Below the pieces are notes generated by a model, which saw only the letters and a program-made list of their open reading frames with translations, ran no database searches and was not told the origin of the DNA. The position numbers and the translations under genes were made by a program. 64,000 nt of DNA from Deltaproteobacteria bacterium (GTDB lineage Bacteria; Myxococcota_A; Polyangia; HGW-17; JAJRWW01). Below are positions 62,466 to 64,000 of the stretch, in pieces. The stretch's first letter is position 1, and each line of letters opens with the position of its first letter. The stretch covers positions 23,048 through 87,047 of the forward strand of contig JAOZUO010000004.1 of the NCBI GenBank assembly GCA_029938605.1, given 5' to 3'.

Positions 62466-64000
62466 ATGGTAGGCGCTGCGAGACATTTGGGTCTGACTTG
62501 CTGGGCGGTCACTGCTTTGTGTTGTGGTTCTTTGCTGGCGTGTGGTCCGGTGGTGGGACAGGGGCAAAACAGCAACACCACCGGAGACGCCTGGGTCGGA
62601 GATTGTGAATGGGGGACCATCGAGTGTGTGGGCCAGACCGCGCGGATCTGCGGCCCCAACGGCAACTGGACCGAAGAGGAGTGCGCCGAGGCCTGCCAGG
62701 TGGGGCTGGGTTGTGTGCCCTGCATCGAAGGCGCTCCCTACTGTCAGGACGACTGGGTGGCCATCTGCCAGGGAGACGGGAGCCTGGTCAACGACTATCA
62801 GTGCCCCGATACCGAGGTGTGCATCCTGGGGAGCTGCGTCACCAAGTGCGACCCCCGGGTGCTCGAGCCCAGCAATGTGGGCTGTGAGTTCTGGGCCGTG
62901 GATCTGGACAACGAGGCGTCTGACCTGATGGGCTCGGGCGACGCGGCGGCGACGCAGTTCGGCATCGGCGTGGCGAACGTCAACGACTTCCCGGTGGTGG
63001 TGGAGGTGTACAAGAACTCGGGGCGGGTGGGGGATCCCATGAGTGAGACGCTGGTGACCAGCGTGACCATCCAGCCCCAGGACCTAGTGCAGATCGATCT
63101 CCCGCAGTTGGAGGTGGACGGATGCATGGGCCAGCACGGGACCTATGTGCTGGGCTCCGGCTCGGGCACCTTTGTGAGCCCCCACGCCTACCGCATTTTG
63201 TCCAACGGGCCGGTGGTAGCCTACCAGTTCAATCCCATCATTCAGCAGTTTTCCAATGACGCGTCGATCCTGATTCCAACCCAGGCGTTGGGGAGTCGAC
63301 ACTACGTGATGGGCTACCCCACGGCGAATCCCTGTGAGCCCATCATGCCCATGACGTCGATCCCGGACCACGCCGCGGTGACGATCATCGGCGTGGAGGA
63401 CAACACTACGGTGACGGTGACGACCACCCACGCGATCATGGCGTCGGCAGGGGACTCGGGCTTAGCCATTCCCCAGACCGCACGGGGAGAGGTGCTGGAG
63501 TTCACGGTGAATCGCTACGACGTGGTCAACCTCGAGTCCATGGCTCCCCCCGGGGACACCATGGCCTGTATGCAGCTCGTTGATGAACAGGGCGGCGACT
63601 TCACCGGCACCTACGTGGAGTCTTCGAGGCCCGTGGTGGTCTTTTCGTCCAACGAGAGGGCCCTCGCCGGTGGGGAGGCGCCGCCGCCGCCCAACTGGGA
63701 TGGCGAGAGCTGCTGTACTGAGCACTTCGAGCAGCAGATGTTCCCGGTCCAGGCCCTGGGGTGGGACTTCGTCATCAGCCGCAGCCCCGTGCGGTCCACC
63801 GGCGGCTATCGGGAGTGGGACATATACCGGGTGATGGCCACGGCAAACAACACCACGATCACCACGAGTCTGGCGGACTTTGGGTCCTTCACCCTCAACG
63901 CGGGCGAGTTCGAGACATTCTGGGCGAATACGGGTTTCGTCGTGGAGTCACAGGGGGGCGCGGTCATGCTCGGCCAGTACCTGGTGAGCCAGGGCTATAC
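62466..64000 (+). CDS. Large secreted lipoprotein, hypothetical; 3'-partial (runs off window end)
   Basis: Not in the ORF track (no stop in the window). The ATG at 62466 gives MVGAARHLGLTCWAVTALCCGSLLACG (lipobox). A Cys-rich N-terminal module is followed by a long Thr/Val-rich beta region. Continuous open frame to the window end (>510 aa). Confidence 0.6.
   Translation, partial: MVGAARHLGLTCWAVTALCCGSLLACGPVVGQGQNSNTTGDAWVGDCEWGTIECVGQTARICGPNGNWTEEECAEACQVGLGCVPCIEGAPYCQDDWVAICQGDGSLVNDYQCPDTEVCILGSCVTKCDPRVLEPSNVGCEFWAVDLDNEASDLMGSGDAAATQFGIGVANVNDFPVVVEVYKNSGRVGDPMSETLVTSVTIQPQDLVQIDLPQLEVDGCMGQHGTYVLGSGSGTFVSPHAYRILSNGPVVAYQFNPIIQQFSNDASILIPTQALGSRHYVMGYPTANPCEPIMPMTSIPDHAAVTIIGVEDNTTVTVTTTHAIMASAGDSGLAIPQTARGEVLEFTVNRYDVVNLESMAPPGDTMACMQLVDEQGGDFTGTYVESSRPVVVFSSNERALAGGEAPPPPNWDGESCCTEHFEQQMFPVQALGWDFVISRSPVRSTGGYREWDIYRVMATANNTTITTSLADFGSFTLNAGEFETFWANTGFVVESQGGAVMLGQYLVSQGY

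Overview
A 64-kb high-GC chromosomal segment that looks Myxococcota (deltaproteobacterial). The diagnosis rests on at least five secreted lipoproteins carrying 'Myxococcus cysteine-rich repeats' (C-GDG...E-CDDGN) or MopE-like 'putative metal-binding' motifs (CxGxDDDCDGxxDE), many sigma-54 enhancer-binding proteins, and pervasive in-frame short tandem repeats. Coding density is high on both strands; no rRNA, tRNA or CRISPR was found. Contents in order: (1) System I cytochrome c maturation genes in an odd split arrangement: ccmF N-terminal part running off the window, a CxxxY-variant ccmE, and ccmH. (2) A PAS sigma-54 activator divergent from a tightly coupled ~10-gene operon. The operon encodes an excisionase-type HTH/Cys-rich protein, a cytoplasmic beta-propeller repeat protein and a complete Hmc-type transmembrane redox complex. 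The complex comprises a NarI-like cytochrome b, an HdrD-like CCG protein, a 16-heme cytochrome c, a Tat-exported 4x[4Fe-4S] protein, an NrfD-like membrane subunit and a 40-aa membrane peptide. It is followed by a stand-alone receiver and a PAS histidine kinase. (3) A lower-GC patch (about 16.45-19.5 kb) of mobile-element debris: an IS21-type transposase fragment, a 5'-truncated DUF234 ATPase/PD-(D/E)XK gene and an Rpn-family nuclease C-terminal fragment. (4) A surface-glycopolymer cluster: GT4 glycosyltransferase, TagF-like CDP-glycerol glycerophosphotransferase, Wzx flippase and an MMPL/RND exporter. (5) An intact single-ORF IS66-family element with 17-bp terminal inverted repeats, about 280 bp upstream of a metF fused to a C-terminal MetV-like Cys-rich domain. 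(6) Large secreted proteins: a Cys-repeat lipoprotein with FG-GAP propeller, a 1181-aa basic TPR protein, two small lipoproteins, a DjlA-like TerB+J-domain membrane protein and a HIT hydrolase. (7) A second NarI-like/HdrD-like module flanked by two receiver proteins, headed by a small Cys protein and driven by a well-matched sigma-54 promoter. A sigma-54 activator with a degenerate LMW-PTP/ArsC-like sensor domain and a hybrid histidine kinase lie upstream. (8) mutY, MopE-type lipoproteins, an extensin-like LAS-peptidase-fold protein with an Arg-rich repeat tail, a 23-bp perfect inverted repeat, a TetR regulator divergent from a tandem flavodoxin-like protein, a PD40 lipoprotein, a TPR protein and a 3'-partial lipoprotein. 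The most notable content is the re-ordered Hmc-type complex with new partner genes, together with the recurrent link between NarI/HdrD modules, stand-alone receiver paralogs and sigma-54 control.
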